Positions 40,098 to 50,564 of a stretch of DNA of 64,000 nucleotides are shown piece after piece. The translations under genes and the position numbers were made by a program. Position 1 is the stretch's first letter; every line of letters starts with the position of its first letter. The DNA comes from Bryobacterales bacterium (lineage in GTDB: Bacteria; Acidobacteriota; Terriglobia; Bryobacterales; UBA6623). The notes beneath the pieces were generated by a model. The model made no database searches, was not told the origin of the DNA, and saw nothing but the letters and a program-made list of their open reading frames with translations. The DNA lies in assembly GCA_963422375.2 (NCBI GenBank), contig OY729428.2, forward strand, positions 1,568,001 through 1,632,000, written 5' to 3'.

Positions 40098-40611
40098 TCA
40101 TGCGGGATCTTCTCCGCCCGCAGCACGCGACGGTCCACCTAGCCCGCGAAGAGCTTCACGCACCGGAGGTAACTCCTTGCCTCTCCAAGGCTTCCCTCGT
40201 CTTCCCCTGCCTTCGCCAGGGCCGTCGGCGAACACTCCGAGGAAGCGCCGGACGTCCGCGTGCTTGTTCGCCAGCTCTGTCACGCAGTCGCACTTCAATC
40301 CCTGCTTGAGCAGGCCCGAGAGCGGAATGTTTCAAAGCTGCAGGCCGGGACGACCGACGGCAGGCTTGATCTTGCCGGACTCGTCCGCGGAAGGATCACT
40401 TCCGTCCTTGCCGTTCTCGCTACCCTCGCCGCGACCTACGATACGGCTCTCGAGCAATCTCAAGACCTTGGCGTGCAATTCCTCCGAACAGTGGAGAAAT
40501 CGTACGCCTAGCAGGATGGCCGGGATATCGTCGCGGGAACGGACGTCGAGATCGATATCCTCGATTGCGCTCCGGCCAAGAGTGAGCTGGATGTCCTGAA
40601 CGCTCCTCACG
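40098..40611 (-). pseudogene. N-terminal fragment of an IS5/ISNCY-like transposase
   Basis: QLTLGRSAIEDIDLDVRSRDDIPAILLG...GRPG..*..GLLKQGLKCD...ELANKH.DVRRFLG; internal stop and no catalytic domain. Confidence 0.7.
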
Positions 40612-40799
40612 TGCGGTTCCTCGACGAGAACTGTCGCACTGCCGCCTCCTTGGCAACGGGCAAGCCGACCCAGACCGGTCCGATCTTCGCCCCACGGACC
40701 TGCTGCAACCGCCCGGAAACTAAAGGGCACGGCGGCGGGCGGGCCCGCCGAAGGGTTCGCCAAGGCCTTGACGCAAAGGGCCTTACGGCTCTCGGGCTC

Positions 40800-41432
40800 C
40801 CGCTTACGGCACGACCGCGGGCGCTGCGAGGCACCCTTGGACACGACCTGCCAGCGCATGATGGAGCGGTTCGAGCCGGGGGAGCGGCCGAGGGAGGTGG
40901 AGGTGCAGGAGCTGGTGGTGATGCTGGACGCGGGGCACGCTGGGTTCGATATGGAGGCCGCGCTGGTGGATATGCACGGCGCGGACTGGCTGCAGAAGAT
41001 CAAGGGCAACTGCGCGGCCGCGCCGGCACGGTTGGAGGCGCGACATTGGTCGCGGGGGCACCGCTACGTGCGGTGCCGGACATGCTCGCACGGGCGCTGG
41101 GAGGAGCGCCCGATCAGGGTCGCGGGCCTGCAGCCCGCGGAGCCGCTCTACGGCGTCACGTCGCTGACGCGAGACGAGGCCGAGGCTGCGTCGCCAGGCG
41201 CGGCCGCCGGGCAGTGGACGAAACGAAGCGCTACTCGCGCAGCGTGGCCTTCCGCGAGGACGCCAGCCGCATCCGCGCCGGCCACAGGCGCTTGGCGAAC
41301 GCGGTGCCGGACAACCTCGCGCTGGCGATCGTGCGCCGCCGGGGCGAAGAATGCGACACGGTGCCGCAGGCGCGGATCTACTTGGGCGTGCGGCGCGACG
41401 ACGCCTCGGCGGAGATCCCGCAGCCGACCTGA
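40800..41432 (+). pseudogene. ISAs1-family transposase remnant
   Basis: VMLDAGH, GADWLQKIKGN, HGRWEER, YGVTSL, FREDASRIR and NLALAI in two frames. Boundaries approximate. Confidence 0.75.
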
Positions 41433-41565
41433 ATCGCGGGCCGCCGGCCTGACGCCGCAGCGCGCGGGCGGCCGGCGGGATCTTGGAACGCCGGCCCGGC
41501 GGGTCCCGCAGCAAGGGGTCGGGCGCGGAATGGGCCTGACCGGGCCCGTAGGACGGGCCGCTTCC

Positions 41566-41580
41566 GGGGGGGGGGGGGGG
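41566..41580. repeat. G15 homopolymer
   Basis: Read directly. Confidence 0.95.
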
Positions 41581-41694
41581 CATCCTCCCGCGCAGAGTCG
41601 GCTGCTGTGCGGGTCCTAGTGCCTACTCACCCTAAGCACTACCCGCTTGGCGTAGACCCACAAACGAGGAGGAATGAACCTAGGACCGTCAGGG

Positions 41695-42325
41695 CGCCCA
41701 TTCAACTCCGAAGGGCGACACCCGCCGCGCCACAAGATGGAAGGGAGGGGAGAGGGTAGGCGGAGACCGGTGGGGTCGCGACAGTAGGTTCGGATGCGCC
41801 GGGAGGAGAGGGGAGTCCCATGCCGGAGAGCTACACGCACGTGAGGAAGGACGAGCGTTGCCGGATCGAGACACTGCGGTCCGGGGAGCGTCGGGCGGCG
41901 TCGCGCCCGCCACGCAAGCTGACGGCGCCGCTGCGGGCGCGGATCGAGGACCGCCTGCGGCAGGACAGGAGCCCGGAGCAAGTCGCGGCGCAGCTGAAGC
42001 TGGAGAAGGCGCAAGAGATCAGGCCCAAACGGATCGACCAGCTGGTGCACGACGACCGGCGGCAGGGGGTCGGCTGTACCGGCACCTCGGGCAGGACGGG
42101 CGCAAGCGGCACCGGCCGGCCCGCCGGGGCGCGATCCCGGGGCGTGCGGACATCGCGGAGCGCCCGGCGGAGGCGAAGGCGCGCGTCGGCGACCGGGAGG
42201 CCGACACGGTGATCGGCGGGCAGCACCGCGGGGCGCGGGTGACGTTGGTGGACCGGGCCTCGAACAACGTTCTAGTGCAAGGGGTTAGCCGGCGCGCGGC
42301 GCAGCTCGTCGGGGCGGCGATGACG
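41695..42325 (+). mobile_element. Truncated IS30 copy (left end plus transposase fragment)
   Basis: Left IR CGCCCATTCAACTCCGAAGGGCGACAC; MPESYTHVRKDERCRIE..., SPEQVA and EADTVIGGQHRG; similarity to 5559-6972 stops near 42325; no right IR. Confidence 0.85.
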
Positions 42326-42482
42326 AGCTCGAAGATTCTATCCAGGACCAATCAATGTAATGAGGCAATTGAGATCGTCTGAATAGTGGAGAACTCACCT
42401 CTCAAGGCTAGTTTGCCGAGCAGTTTGAACAGAGTGCGGACAGTCTTTCATTCGAATCATGCAGAGTGCGTGACTTATAGAA

Positions 42483-44009
42483 GGGAATTATATATCTGAG
42501 TGCCGAGGGAATCAAGTCGGCAAATTATCAAGCCATAATAAGATTTCATATTTCTTCCGAATTTCCGTTGACATTCTGTGGTGTTTTTTGGTAGAATAGT
42601 TCCAGTAGGGGATACCGTAAATGAAGAAACAAGGTCCCGGAAAGTGGTTCCGTAAAGGCATCACCTTGATCGAAGTGATCGCCATGTTCCCCGATGACGA
42701 ATCCGCGGAAAAGTGGTTCGCCTCCATGCGCTGGACCGACGGTCCGGTATGCCCCTTCTGCCGCGGCTCCAGCGTGCAGTCCGACGCGGCCCACCCTTCG
42801 ATGCCGTACCGTTGCCGCAGCTGCGGCAAGCGCTTTTCGGTGCGCACCGGCAGCGTGATGGCCGACACCAAGCTCGGCTACCGCACCCGGGCCGTCGCCC
42901 TGTTCCTGCTGACTACCGGCATCAAGGGCGTCTCGAGCATGAAGCTGCACCGCGACCTAGGCATCAGCCAGAAGTCGGCCTGGCACTTGGCGCACCGCAT
43001 CCGCGCGTGCCGGGAGCGCGATCGGGGCCTGTTCGCCGGCCCGGTGGAGGTGGACGAGACCTGCGTCGGCGGCAAGGAGCGCAACCAGCACGAGAGGAAG
43101 AAGGCCCGCGCCGGGCGCGGGCCCGTCGGCAAGACGCCCGTGGCGGGGGCGCGGGACCGCGCCACGAACGCAGTGGCCGCGCGGCCGCTGCCGGGCACCG
43201 CCAAGGGCGACCTGCAGGGCTTCGTGCGCGGCCGGGTCGCGCCGGGCGCGCAGCTCCGCTCCGACGAGGCGGCGGCCTGCGCCGGCATGGCGGAGTTCCC
43301 GCACGAAGCCGTCAAGCACTCCGGCGGCGAGTACGTGCGCGGGGCGGCGCATACGAACGGCATCGAGTCGTTTTGGTCCCTGTTCAAGCGCGGCCTGTAC
43401 GGAACCTATCACCGGATGAGCGTCCGTCATCTCGGCCGCTACCTCACGGAGTTCGCGGGACGGCGCAACGACCGCGACTGCGACACGGCGGAACAACGGC
43501 GGAACGGATGCGGCGCATGGCGCGGGGCTTGGTCGGCCGGACGCTGACCTACCGGCAGCTGACCGGCAAGGCCGCGGTCGCGGCCTGAGCGGCGCCCGCC
43601 GCGCCGAGCGCGGCAGCCCGCTGCGGGCGCGCGCTTCACGCTCGGTACGAGGGGCGCACCGGATCCGGCATGCCCCGGCGCGACCCCGGTCCGGTCCGGA
43701 CCGTCCATGCAGGCCGTCGAGCGCCGGGGATCCGCTGTCTTCGGCCCTCGCAAGGCCTGCAATCGGCTTGCAAGGGGTGCCCTGCCATCGCCAACCGGGT
43801 TTCACCGGGGCAACCGGGGCATGCGAGGCGGCCTCTCTAGTCCCTTCCTCGTCAAATCCGCTGGCAGGCTCGATTCAGATACGATCCCACCCCCACCCCT
43901 CTGTGCCCGCCGCGGCCGCACTCGAATGACCCCAGCTCGACACCCACCTCCCTGCTCACAGCAGTTCTAGTCGGATATGGCGTTGTCGGCACTCAGATAT
44001 ATAATTCCC
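42483..44009 (+). mobile_element. IS1595-family element, type B, copy 3
   Basis: 24-bp IRs GGGAATTATATATCTGAGTGCCGA; 8-bp TSD TTATAGAA (42475-42482, 44010-44017). Confidence 0.96.
42621..43588 (+). pseudogene. IS1595 type B transposase with a C-terminal frameshift
   Basis: Near-identical to 7359-8315. An 11-bp duplication (ACGGCGGAACA) at ~43485-43505 shifts the frame before the native TGA at 43586-43588. Confidence 0.88.
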
Positions 44010-44269
44010 TTATAGAAGACGTCAAGAGTCTTCTCCCTGACCGACTGAAGCAGGCACTCTATGTTGGGTATACCCAACATAAGTCCCTAGATGTAGAGCT
44101 GTGTGTTGAGATTGCTTTTGACGCCCTCAATACAACGAATTGCTTGCCGATACGTACGCCGCGCATCGCGAGCGCTTGCCTGGGTCCGAGGAATTGAACT
44201 GGCTAGAAATGGTTTTCATCCAGATCGATGACTGTTCCGAATGACGTGCTCCGCGCCGACGCCCCTTTG

Positions 44270-45394
44270 TCAAGCGGCCCCAGTAACCGTCCGAGAAACC
44301 TCGATACGCCCTCCGTCAGCGATGCGGAACAGCGTGAGATCGGCCGACTGCCCGGGCTCTAGGTACCGCGACCTCTCCGCGAGGCCCATGGCTCCGCCGG
44401 GGTTGGTTGTCGCTAGCCTGGTGGCGGCCTGCGCTGGCAGGTCCGCGAAGCGCATCGCGTTCCCAACGCCGCGGTCCATGCTGAGCGCCGAGCCCGCGAG
44501 GCGGCGGCTGCTTAGTAGCTCGACCCTGCGTTCGGGCAGCAGCTCGACCTCCTGCTCGCCAAGCCGGTAGATGCCGGGCTCGCAGTGTGCCGGGGCCACT
44601 GCGTCGGTCACCAGAATCGACCGGTCCGGCCCCTTGGCCCGGAGGGCGATCTTCGCGAACGGGGGCGGCAGGTGGATGCCGTCCATGATCAGGCCGGCGT
44701 AAAGCCGGTCGTCGGCCATCTGATGGACGATGTAGTTGTCATGCCGGGACACGTGCGCGGCGGCGCCGTTGCCTAGGTGCGTGCTCATGGTGGCACCGGC
44801 GCTGACCGCGTCGCTGATCTGCGCGGCGCTGGCGTCGGTATGCCCGATCGAGACCACCACGCCCGACTCGGCCATGTGCTCGATCACGCCCGCCGCCTCG
44901 TCATGCTCGGGACTGAGCGTGACCAAGCGGATCCATCCCTCGGCCGCGTCCTGGAGCCTGGCGAACTCCTCGACGCTGGGAGGCCGCACGTGGGACCTCG
45001 GGTGGGCGCCCCGCGGACCGTCGCGCGGAGAGATCCACGGTCCCTCCACGTGGAACCCTAGCATGGCGTCGCCTTCAGCCAGGGAATGCCTTGCGCGAGC
45101 CAGATTGGCTAGGGAGTTGGCCATGTCGTCGTGGGATCCCGTGATGACGGTGGGGTAGAAGCGTGCGACCCCCGTGGCTCTCTGGACGTCGATGGACCGG
45201 GCGATTTCGTCGGCCGGAGACGAGGGGTCGTTGTAGTCGACCCCAGCGAAGCCGTTCACTTGCAGGTCGATCCAGCCGGGCGAGACTAGGTGGCTGCATG
45301 CGCGGTCCGTCGGCGCGACGCTCACGATCAGCCCGTCCCTGAGCTCCACCCGGATCGGTCGCCCCGAGGCGGGGTGGATGCCGAACTCCGTCAT
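44270..45394 (-). CDS. nagA: N-acetylglucosamine-6-phosphate deacetylase-like amidohydrolase
   Basis: PGWIDLQVNG, GFHVEGPWIS, GAHP, VTLSPE, GHTDA, THLGNG, DGIHL, VTDA and LAGSAL. Confidence 0.85.
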   Translation of the reverse strand: MTEFGIHPASGRPIRVELRDGLIVSVAPTDRACSHLVSPGWIDLQVNGFAGVDYNDPSSPADEIARSIDVQRATGVARFYPTVITGSHDDMANSLANLARARHSLAEGDAMLGFHVEGPWISPRDGPRGAHPRSHVRPPSVEEFARLQDAAEGWIRLVTLSPEHDEAAGVIEHMAESGVVVSIGHTDASAAQISDAVSAGATMSTHLGNGAAAHVSRHDNYIVHQMADDRLYAGLIMDGIHLPPPFAKIALRAKGPDRSILVTDAVAPAHCEPGIYRLGEQEVELLPERRVELLSSRRLAGSALSMDRGVGNAMRFADLPAQAATRLATTNPGGAMGLAERSRYLEPGQSADLTLFRIADGGRIEVSRTVTGAA

Positions 45395-45597
45395 ATGCGG
45401 GAATCGGGCGGCCGTCCGATGCCCGGCCGGACTCGCTCCGCTGATAGCATCGCCCATTATCGCCCAGAGCGGCCTCGGACACCCAGTCTGATGCCGCCGC
45501 CCGCTCGCTCGCGCCAAGGCTTGGTGTATAGTGCTGTATGGCTCCGGCGACCGGTGCGTAGTCCGGTCGCGAGCCATCGGATTCCGGGAGGTTCGTC

Positions 45598-46941
45598 ATG
45601 GCTCATGCCAGCACTTCGAGACGCGCGTTCCTTGCCAACGCCGCGGCTGCCCCGGCCTTGGCGGCCGCCCCTGCGGCATCGCGAGTGATCGGCGCCAACG
45701 ACCGCATCAACATCGGCATGATCGGTGTGGGCAGCAAGGGCCGCGGGCACATGCGGTTGCTGCTCGGACGCAGTCGCGAACTGGGGGACGTCCGCATCGC
45801 GGCAGTCAGCGACATCTACCGCAAGCGGAGGGACGACGCTCTCTCTCAGGCGGGGCTGGAAGGCAAGGTCGGCTTCCTCGACTACCGCGAGCTGCTCGCG
45901 CGTCCCGACATCGACGCCGTCTGGATCTCCACGCCCGACCACTGGCACTCCGCCATGGCGCTCGACGCGCTCGGGGCCGGCAAGGACGTGTACCTCGAGA
46001 AGCCCATGACGTACACGATCGAGGAAGCCCGTCGCGTCGCTTCCGCCGTGGAGCGGACGGGCCGGGTGCTGCAGGTCGGCAGCCAGCACGTTTCCGACAA
46101 GCGCTACCACGAGGCGCGGTCCGTCATCGACCGCGGCTGGATCGGACCAGTCGTCTGGGCGCAGAACACCTACTGCCGCAACTCGCTCTACGGCGAGTGG
46201 AACTACACGGTGGACGCCGAAGGGACGCCGGAGAACATCGACTGGGACCGTTTTCTAGGCACGGCTCCCCCGAGGCCCTTCAGCGCCGAACGCTTCTTCC
46301 GCTGGCGCAAGTACTGGGACTACTCCGGCGGGATCGCGACCGACCTCTTCTACCATCGCCTCGCGCCGCTCGCGCTGATGATGGGGAAGGAATTCCCGCG
46401 CCGCGTCAGCGGCCACGGCGGGATCTACGTGCATCGCGAACGTCAGGTGCCGGACACGTACGCCACGGTCGTCGAGTACGCCAGCCACTACGTCAACCTC
46501 TCCGCCTCCATGGCTTCCTCGGCCGGCAACGCCGGCATGCCCACGATGGTCTACGGCCACGAGGGAGCGATTTCGTTCCTCCCAGGCGCAATCGAGGTCA
46601 AGCCCGAGTACCAGTTCGCTGCGAAGTTCCGCGAGGCCACCGGCCACGACGTGCTGCGCGTGGAGGTCGAGCAGGAGAACGTCAGCGCCGACCACGTCGC
46701 GAACTTTCTCGATTGCATGCGGACGCGCGCCAAGCCGACCTTCGACGCGCATTTCGGCTACCAGATCATGACAGCCATCCGGCTGGGGGTGGACTCTTAT
46801 CGCAGCGGCCGGCTGATCGCGTTCGACCCCCACGGCGAGCGGGTGCTGCCCGTGCCCGAGCCGAGGCCGGGGTACGAGGGCACGGGCAAGAATTTCGAGG
46901 AGCCGTCGCGGCGGCCGCCCCGGCAGGCTCGGACAGGCTGA
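45598..46941 (+). CDS. Gfo/Idh/MocA oxidoreductase with Tat signal
   Basis: SRRAFL, IGVGSKG, STPDHWH, DVYLEKPM and QVGSQ. Confidence 0.93.
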   Translation: MAHASTSRRAFLANAAAAPALAAAPAASRVIGANDRINIGMIGVGSKGRGHMRLLLGRSRELGDVRIAAVSDIYRKRRDDALSQAGLEGKVGFLDYRELLARPDIDAVWISTPDHWHSAMALDALGAGKDVYLEKPMTYTIEEARRVASAVERTGRVLQVGSQHVSDKRYHEARSVIDRGWIGPVVWAQNTYCRNSLYGEWNYTVDAEGTPENIDWDRFLGTAPPRPFSAERFFRWRKYWDYSGGIATDLFYHRLAPLALMMGKEFPRRVSGHGGIYVHRERQVPDTYATVVEYASHYVNLSASMASSAGNAGMPTMVYGHEGAISFLPGAIEVKPEYQFAAKFREATGHDVLRVEVEQENVSADHVANFLDCMRTRAKPTFDAHFGYQIMTAIRLGVDSYRSGRLIAFDPHGERVLPVPEPRPGYEGTGKNFEEPSRRPPRQARTG

Positions 46942-46984
46942 GTCCGCAGTCCCGGGCCCGGCTCGATTCTGGTACGGTCTTGGA

Positions 46985-48424
46985 ATGCTCCGTCGCTGGA
47001 TAGTGGCGCTGGGCCTGCTCTGGTCGGGCGCCGCAGCCGAGGACCGCCTCAATGTCCTGTTCATAGCGTCCGATGACATGAACAACGACTTGGGCACCTA
47101 CGGGCACCCGGTTGTCAAGACGCCCAACTTCGACCGACTCGCCCGTCTCGGCATCCGCTTCGATCGGGCGTACTGCAACTATCCGGTCTGCAATCCCAGC
47201 CGGGCGTCTCTCATGACGGGGCTCTATCCCGACCAGACCCGGGTCCGCAACAACGCCGTCCGCTTCCGCGACGCGATTCCTGACGTCAAGACGCTCCCGC
47301 AGCTCTTTCGCGAGAATGGCTACTACGTCGCCCGCGTGGGCAAGATCTATCACTACGGCGTTCCCACCCAAATCGGCGAGGACGGCCTCGACGACCCTGC
47401 TTCATGGGAGGAGACAGTGAACCCGCGCGGTCGCGACAAGTGGGAGGAGGAGAGCATCTACTCGATCGATCCGGTCGCCGGCAACCTCGGCGGAACCCTG
47501 AGCTGGATGGCCCAGGACGGCACTGACGAGGAGCAGACGGACGGGCTCGGCACGACCGCCGCGATCGAGATTCTCGAGCGTTCCCGCGACAGGCCCTTCT
47601 TCCTTGCCATGGGCTTCTACCGCCCCCACACGCCGTACGTCGCGCCGAGGAAGTACTTCTTCCAGTACCCGCTGCGAATGATCCGGCTTCCCGCCGAGCC
47701 CTTGGACGACTTGGTGGACATCCCGCCGGCGGCATGGGTGGATCGGCCCTACCAGCTCAACCTACCTGAGCGAATGCAGCGCGAGGCTATCCGGGCCTAT
47801 TACGCGTCCATCAGCTTCGTGGACGCCCAGCTCGGTCGCCTGCTGGACGCGCTGGACCGCCTCGATCTAACGGACCGGACCGTGATCGTGTTCTGGTCCG
47901 ATCACGGCTACCACATGGGCGAGCACAAGCTGTGGCAGAAGACCACGCTGTTCGAGAATTCGGCCCGCGTGCCGTTCCTTGTTGCCTCTCCCGAGCACCG
48001 CGGGACCGCGGGCCTGAGCACGGTCTCGTTGGCGGAACTCGTCGACGTGTATCCGACCTTGGCGGACCTGTGCGGCCTGAGCCCGCCCCCGCATCTTGCC
48101 GGAAGGAGCTTGGAGCCGGTTCTTGCGAACCCGCTGCACTCCGTGCGCGACTCTGCTCTCACGACCTTCGACACTCACGACCGGGTCAGCCCGCGACGCC
48201 CCCTGCGTCCTAGGGCGGTTGGGTACACCGTGCGGACCGAGCGCTGGCGCTACACCGAGTGGGGGCCGGACGGTCGGCACGGCGTCGAGCTATACGACCA
48301 CTGGAACGACCCGAAGGAGTACGTCAATCTCGCGCAGGCCCCTCGTGCCCGCAGTACAGTGCGGCGGATGAAGGAGCTGCTCGATTCCCGCGTGGCCGAG
48401 GCCACCCGCCCGCCGCGGCTGTGA
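46985..48424 (+). CDS. Sulfatase (iduronate-2-sulfatase-like), secreted
   Basis: Signal peptide, NVLFIASDD, CNPSRASLMTG, GKIYH, GFYRPHTPY and WSDHGYHMGEH. Confidence 0.93.
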   Translation: MLRRWIVALGLLWSGAAAEDRLNVLFIASDDMNNDLGTYGHPVVKTPNFDRLARLGIRFDRAYCNYPVCNPSRASLMTGLYPDQTRVRNNAVRFRDAIPDVKTLPQLFRENGYYVARVGKIYHYGVPTQIGEDGLDDPASWEETVNPRGRDKWEEESIYSIDPVAGNLGGTLSWMAQDGTDEEQTDGLGTTAAIEILERSRDRPFFLAMGFYRPHTPYVAPRKYFFQYPLRMIRLPAEPLDDLVDIPPAAWVDRPYQLNLPERMQREAIRAYYASISFVDAQLGRLLDALDRLDLTDRTVIVFWSDHGYHMGEHKLWQKTTLFENSARVPFLVASPEHRGTAGLSTVSLAELVDVYPTLADLCGLSPPPHLAGRSLEPVLANPLHSVRDSALTTFDTHDRVSPRRPLRPRAVGYTVRTERWRYTEWGPDGRHGVELYDHWNDPKEYVNLAQAPRARSTVRRMKELLDSRVAEATRPPRL

Positions 48425-48497
48425 GCGCCGCGTCTAGAGGCAAACGCACCGGCGCTTGTGGTATACCTTGGCGGAACGCTGAGGGCGTTCCAGCGGA

Positions 48498-49133
48498 ATG
48501 CAAGGCCAGGCATCATCCATCAGCAGGCGGGGCTTCCTCGCCGTCGCTCCGGCGGCCGTCGCGGCGGCCGCGCGGGCCGCGGAGGACGGCTTCGAGTCGC
48601 TGTTCAACGGCAAGGACCTGACAGGCTGGGAGGGCGATGCATTCCTCTGGAGGGTCGAGGACGGGATGATCGTCGGGCGGTCGCCCGGAATCGCCTACAA
48701 CGACTTCCTGACCGCGAGCGAGGAGTTTGCCGACTTCGTGCTGCGTTTCGACGTGCATCTCCTCAAGGACGTCGGCAACAGCGGCGTGCAGCTCCGCAGC
48801 CGCCGGATGCCCGGTTCCATGGAAATGGTGGGCTACCAAGCCGATATCGGGCCGATGTGGTGGGGCAACCTCTACGACGAGAGCCGACGCAAGGAGACGC
48901 TCGCGCAGCCCTCCAAGGCGACCTTGCGGCGAGCCCTCAGGCCGGACCAGTGGAACGCGTACGAGATCGGAGCGACCGGCAAGCGGATCGTGCTGAAGCT
49001 CAACGGAGTCGTGACCGTGGATTACACCGAGGAGGACGACTCGATCGAGCAGGCCGGCCTCATAGGGCTGCAGGTACATTCCGGCCCGCCGCTCGAGGTT
49101 CGGTTCCGGAACCTCCGCATCCAGCGCACGTGA
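48498..49133 (+). CDS. DUF1080 (3-keto-disaccharide hydrolase-like) protein with Tat signal
   Basis: SRRGFL, SLFNGKDLTGW, NSGVQ, GYQADIG, WN.Y.I, IGLQVH and FRNLRI. Confidence 0.92.
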   Translation: MQGQASSISRRGFLAVAPAAVAAAARAAEDGFESLFNGKDLTGWEGDAFLWRVEDGMIVGRSPGIAYNDFLTASEEFADFVLRFDVHLLKDVGNSGVQLRSRRMPGSMEMVGYQADIGPMWWGNLYDESRRKETLAQPSKATLRRALRPDQWNAYEIGATGKRIVLKLNGVVTVDYTEEDDSIEQAGLIGLQVHSGPPLEVRFRNLRIQRT

Positions 49134-49178
49134 AGTCGGCTGCGCGCGGGCGCGATGGCCGGTCGCAGGGGGCCCGGG

Positions 49179-49634
49179 CTAGCGTCGGCCCTCGGCGTGC
49201 TGCATCGCGAGCGTTCCGATGACCGGCAGGCGGTACGTCTCGCCGCGGGAAGCCTTGTAAGCCGCCAGCGCCCAGGCACCGAGAAGGGCGACTTGGATGG
49301 CCACCGAGACAAGGCTCTCGAGCAGCCACCAGATGGAGAGAATCCCCGTTAGCGCCGCGAGCCCGAAGGCCGCGAGCGTCAGCAACAGGCACTGGTAGCT
49401 ATGGAAGCGGACGAACCGGTGGCGACCGAAGGGCTCGAACACGAGAAAATACAGCGCCGGGATGGGCGTCAGGTACGCCAGTGCGCCGAGGTGCCGGACT
49501 TCCTGGGCGCTCGCCCCGTCGCGTCGACGGCCGCCTGTACGGTTCACCCCGGACCCGGGGGCGACCCGCGCGCCGCACTGGGCGCAATAACGGGCGCCGC
49601 CTAGGTGCCCACCGCAATGCACGCAATAGGGCAT
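49179..49634 (-). CDS. Zinc-ribbon plus DUF4870/Tic20-like membrane protein
   Basis: YCVHCG...YCAQCG, GALAYL, FVRFHSYQ and GETYRLPVIG. Confidence 0.8.
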   Translation of the reverse strand: MPYCVHCGGHLGGARYCAQCGARVAPGSGVNRTGGRRRDGASAQEVRHLGALAYLTPIPALYFLVFEPFGRHRFVRFHSYQCLLLTLAAFGLAALTGILSIWWLLESLVSVAIQVALLGAWALAAYKASRGETYRLPVIGTLAMQHAEGRR

Positions 49635-49672
49635 CGACCGCACCCGTGAGCCATAGCGTAGTATAGCCCTGC

Positions 49673-50506
49673 ATGGGGCCTTACGGGCACGCGCGGGACT
49701 GGGTCCGCCGAGCAGCTCTTCTAGCGGCGCTGGGCGCCTTGTTCACCTGCGCCGTTCCGGCCAGCGAGATAGTCGCGCACCGGGGAGCGTCGTTCCAGGC
49801 CCCGGAAAATACTCTGCCGGCGGTCCGCCTCGCTTGGGATCAGCGTGCGGACGCGGTCGAGGTCGACATCCACCAGACGCTCGACCGAAGGGTCGTGGCC
49901 ATCCACGACAAGGACACCGAGAGGGTCACCGGGCATCCGGGCTTGGTCGCCGAACGGACACTTCGCCAGTTGCAGTCGCTCGATGCCGGCGCATGGAAGG
50001 CGGCGCGCTGGAAGGGCACGCGGATCCCCCTGCTCGAAGACGTGCTGGAGACGGTGCCTCCGGGCAAGGTCCTAGTCGTCGAGATCAAGTGCGCGAGGAC
50101 CGTTCTCCCGGCCTTGGAGCGGATTCTGGACCGCTCGGGCAAGCGCTCCCAAGTCATGCTGATCGCCTTCGATTACGACACCATTTCCGAGGCGAAGCGA
50201 CGGATGCCGGAAATCCGCTGCTACTGGCTGTACGGTTTCTCGCGCAGGGAGGTCGAGCGCTATGTCGTGCGGGGTCCGGGCGACCTGCTCGAACGGGTGC
50301 GGCAGGCCGGCCTAGACGGCTTGGACGTTCGTCACGACGGGCCGTGGGTGGCGGAGCTTGCGCGGGCCCTCGCGGCTGACGGCAGCGCCCTGTACGTCTA
50401 CACGGTCAACGATCCGGACGCCGCGAGGCGCTTGCGAGACATCGGCGTGGCCGGCATCACGACCGACCGGCCGGCGTACCTGCGGGAAGCGCTGGCCCGG
50501 CCGTGA
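49673..50506 (+). CDS. Glycerophosphodiester phosphodiesterase
   Basis: VAHRGAS, APENT, VEVDI, IHD, VEIK, YTVND and ITTDRP. Confidence 0.93.
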   Translation: MGPYGHARDWVRRAALLAALGALFTCAVPASEIVAHRGASFQAPENTLPAVRLAWDQRADAVEVDIHQTLDRRVVAIHDKDTERVTGHPGLVAERTLRQLQSLDAGAWKAARWKGTRIPLLEDVLETVPPGKVLVVEIKCARTVLPALERILDRSGKRSQVMLIAFDYDTISEAKRRMPEIRCYWLYGFSRREVERYVVRGPGDLLERVRQAGLDGLDVRHDGPWVAELARALAADGSALYVYTVNDPDAARRLRDIGVAGITTDRPAYLREALARP

Positions 50507-50564
50507 GCAGCTGCCTCGGCAGGCCCGTCTGCCTCCGGAGACTATCCTGAGTGCTCGGGGCGTC

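Noticed and set aside
38557..40599. 680-aa ORF as a single large protein
   Set aside because: It is a patchwork of in-frame and out-of-frame transposase pieces that reads through the IS end.
41566..41580. G15 tract as a phase-variation switch
   Set aside because: It lies in IS debris, not in an intact gene or evident promoter, and homopolymer length is unreliable.
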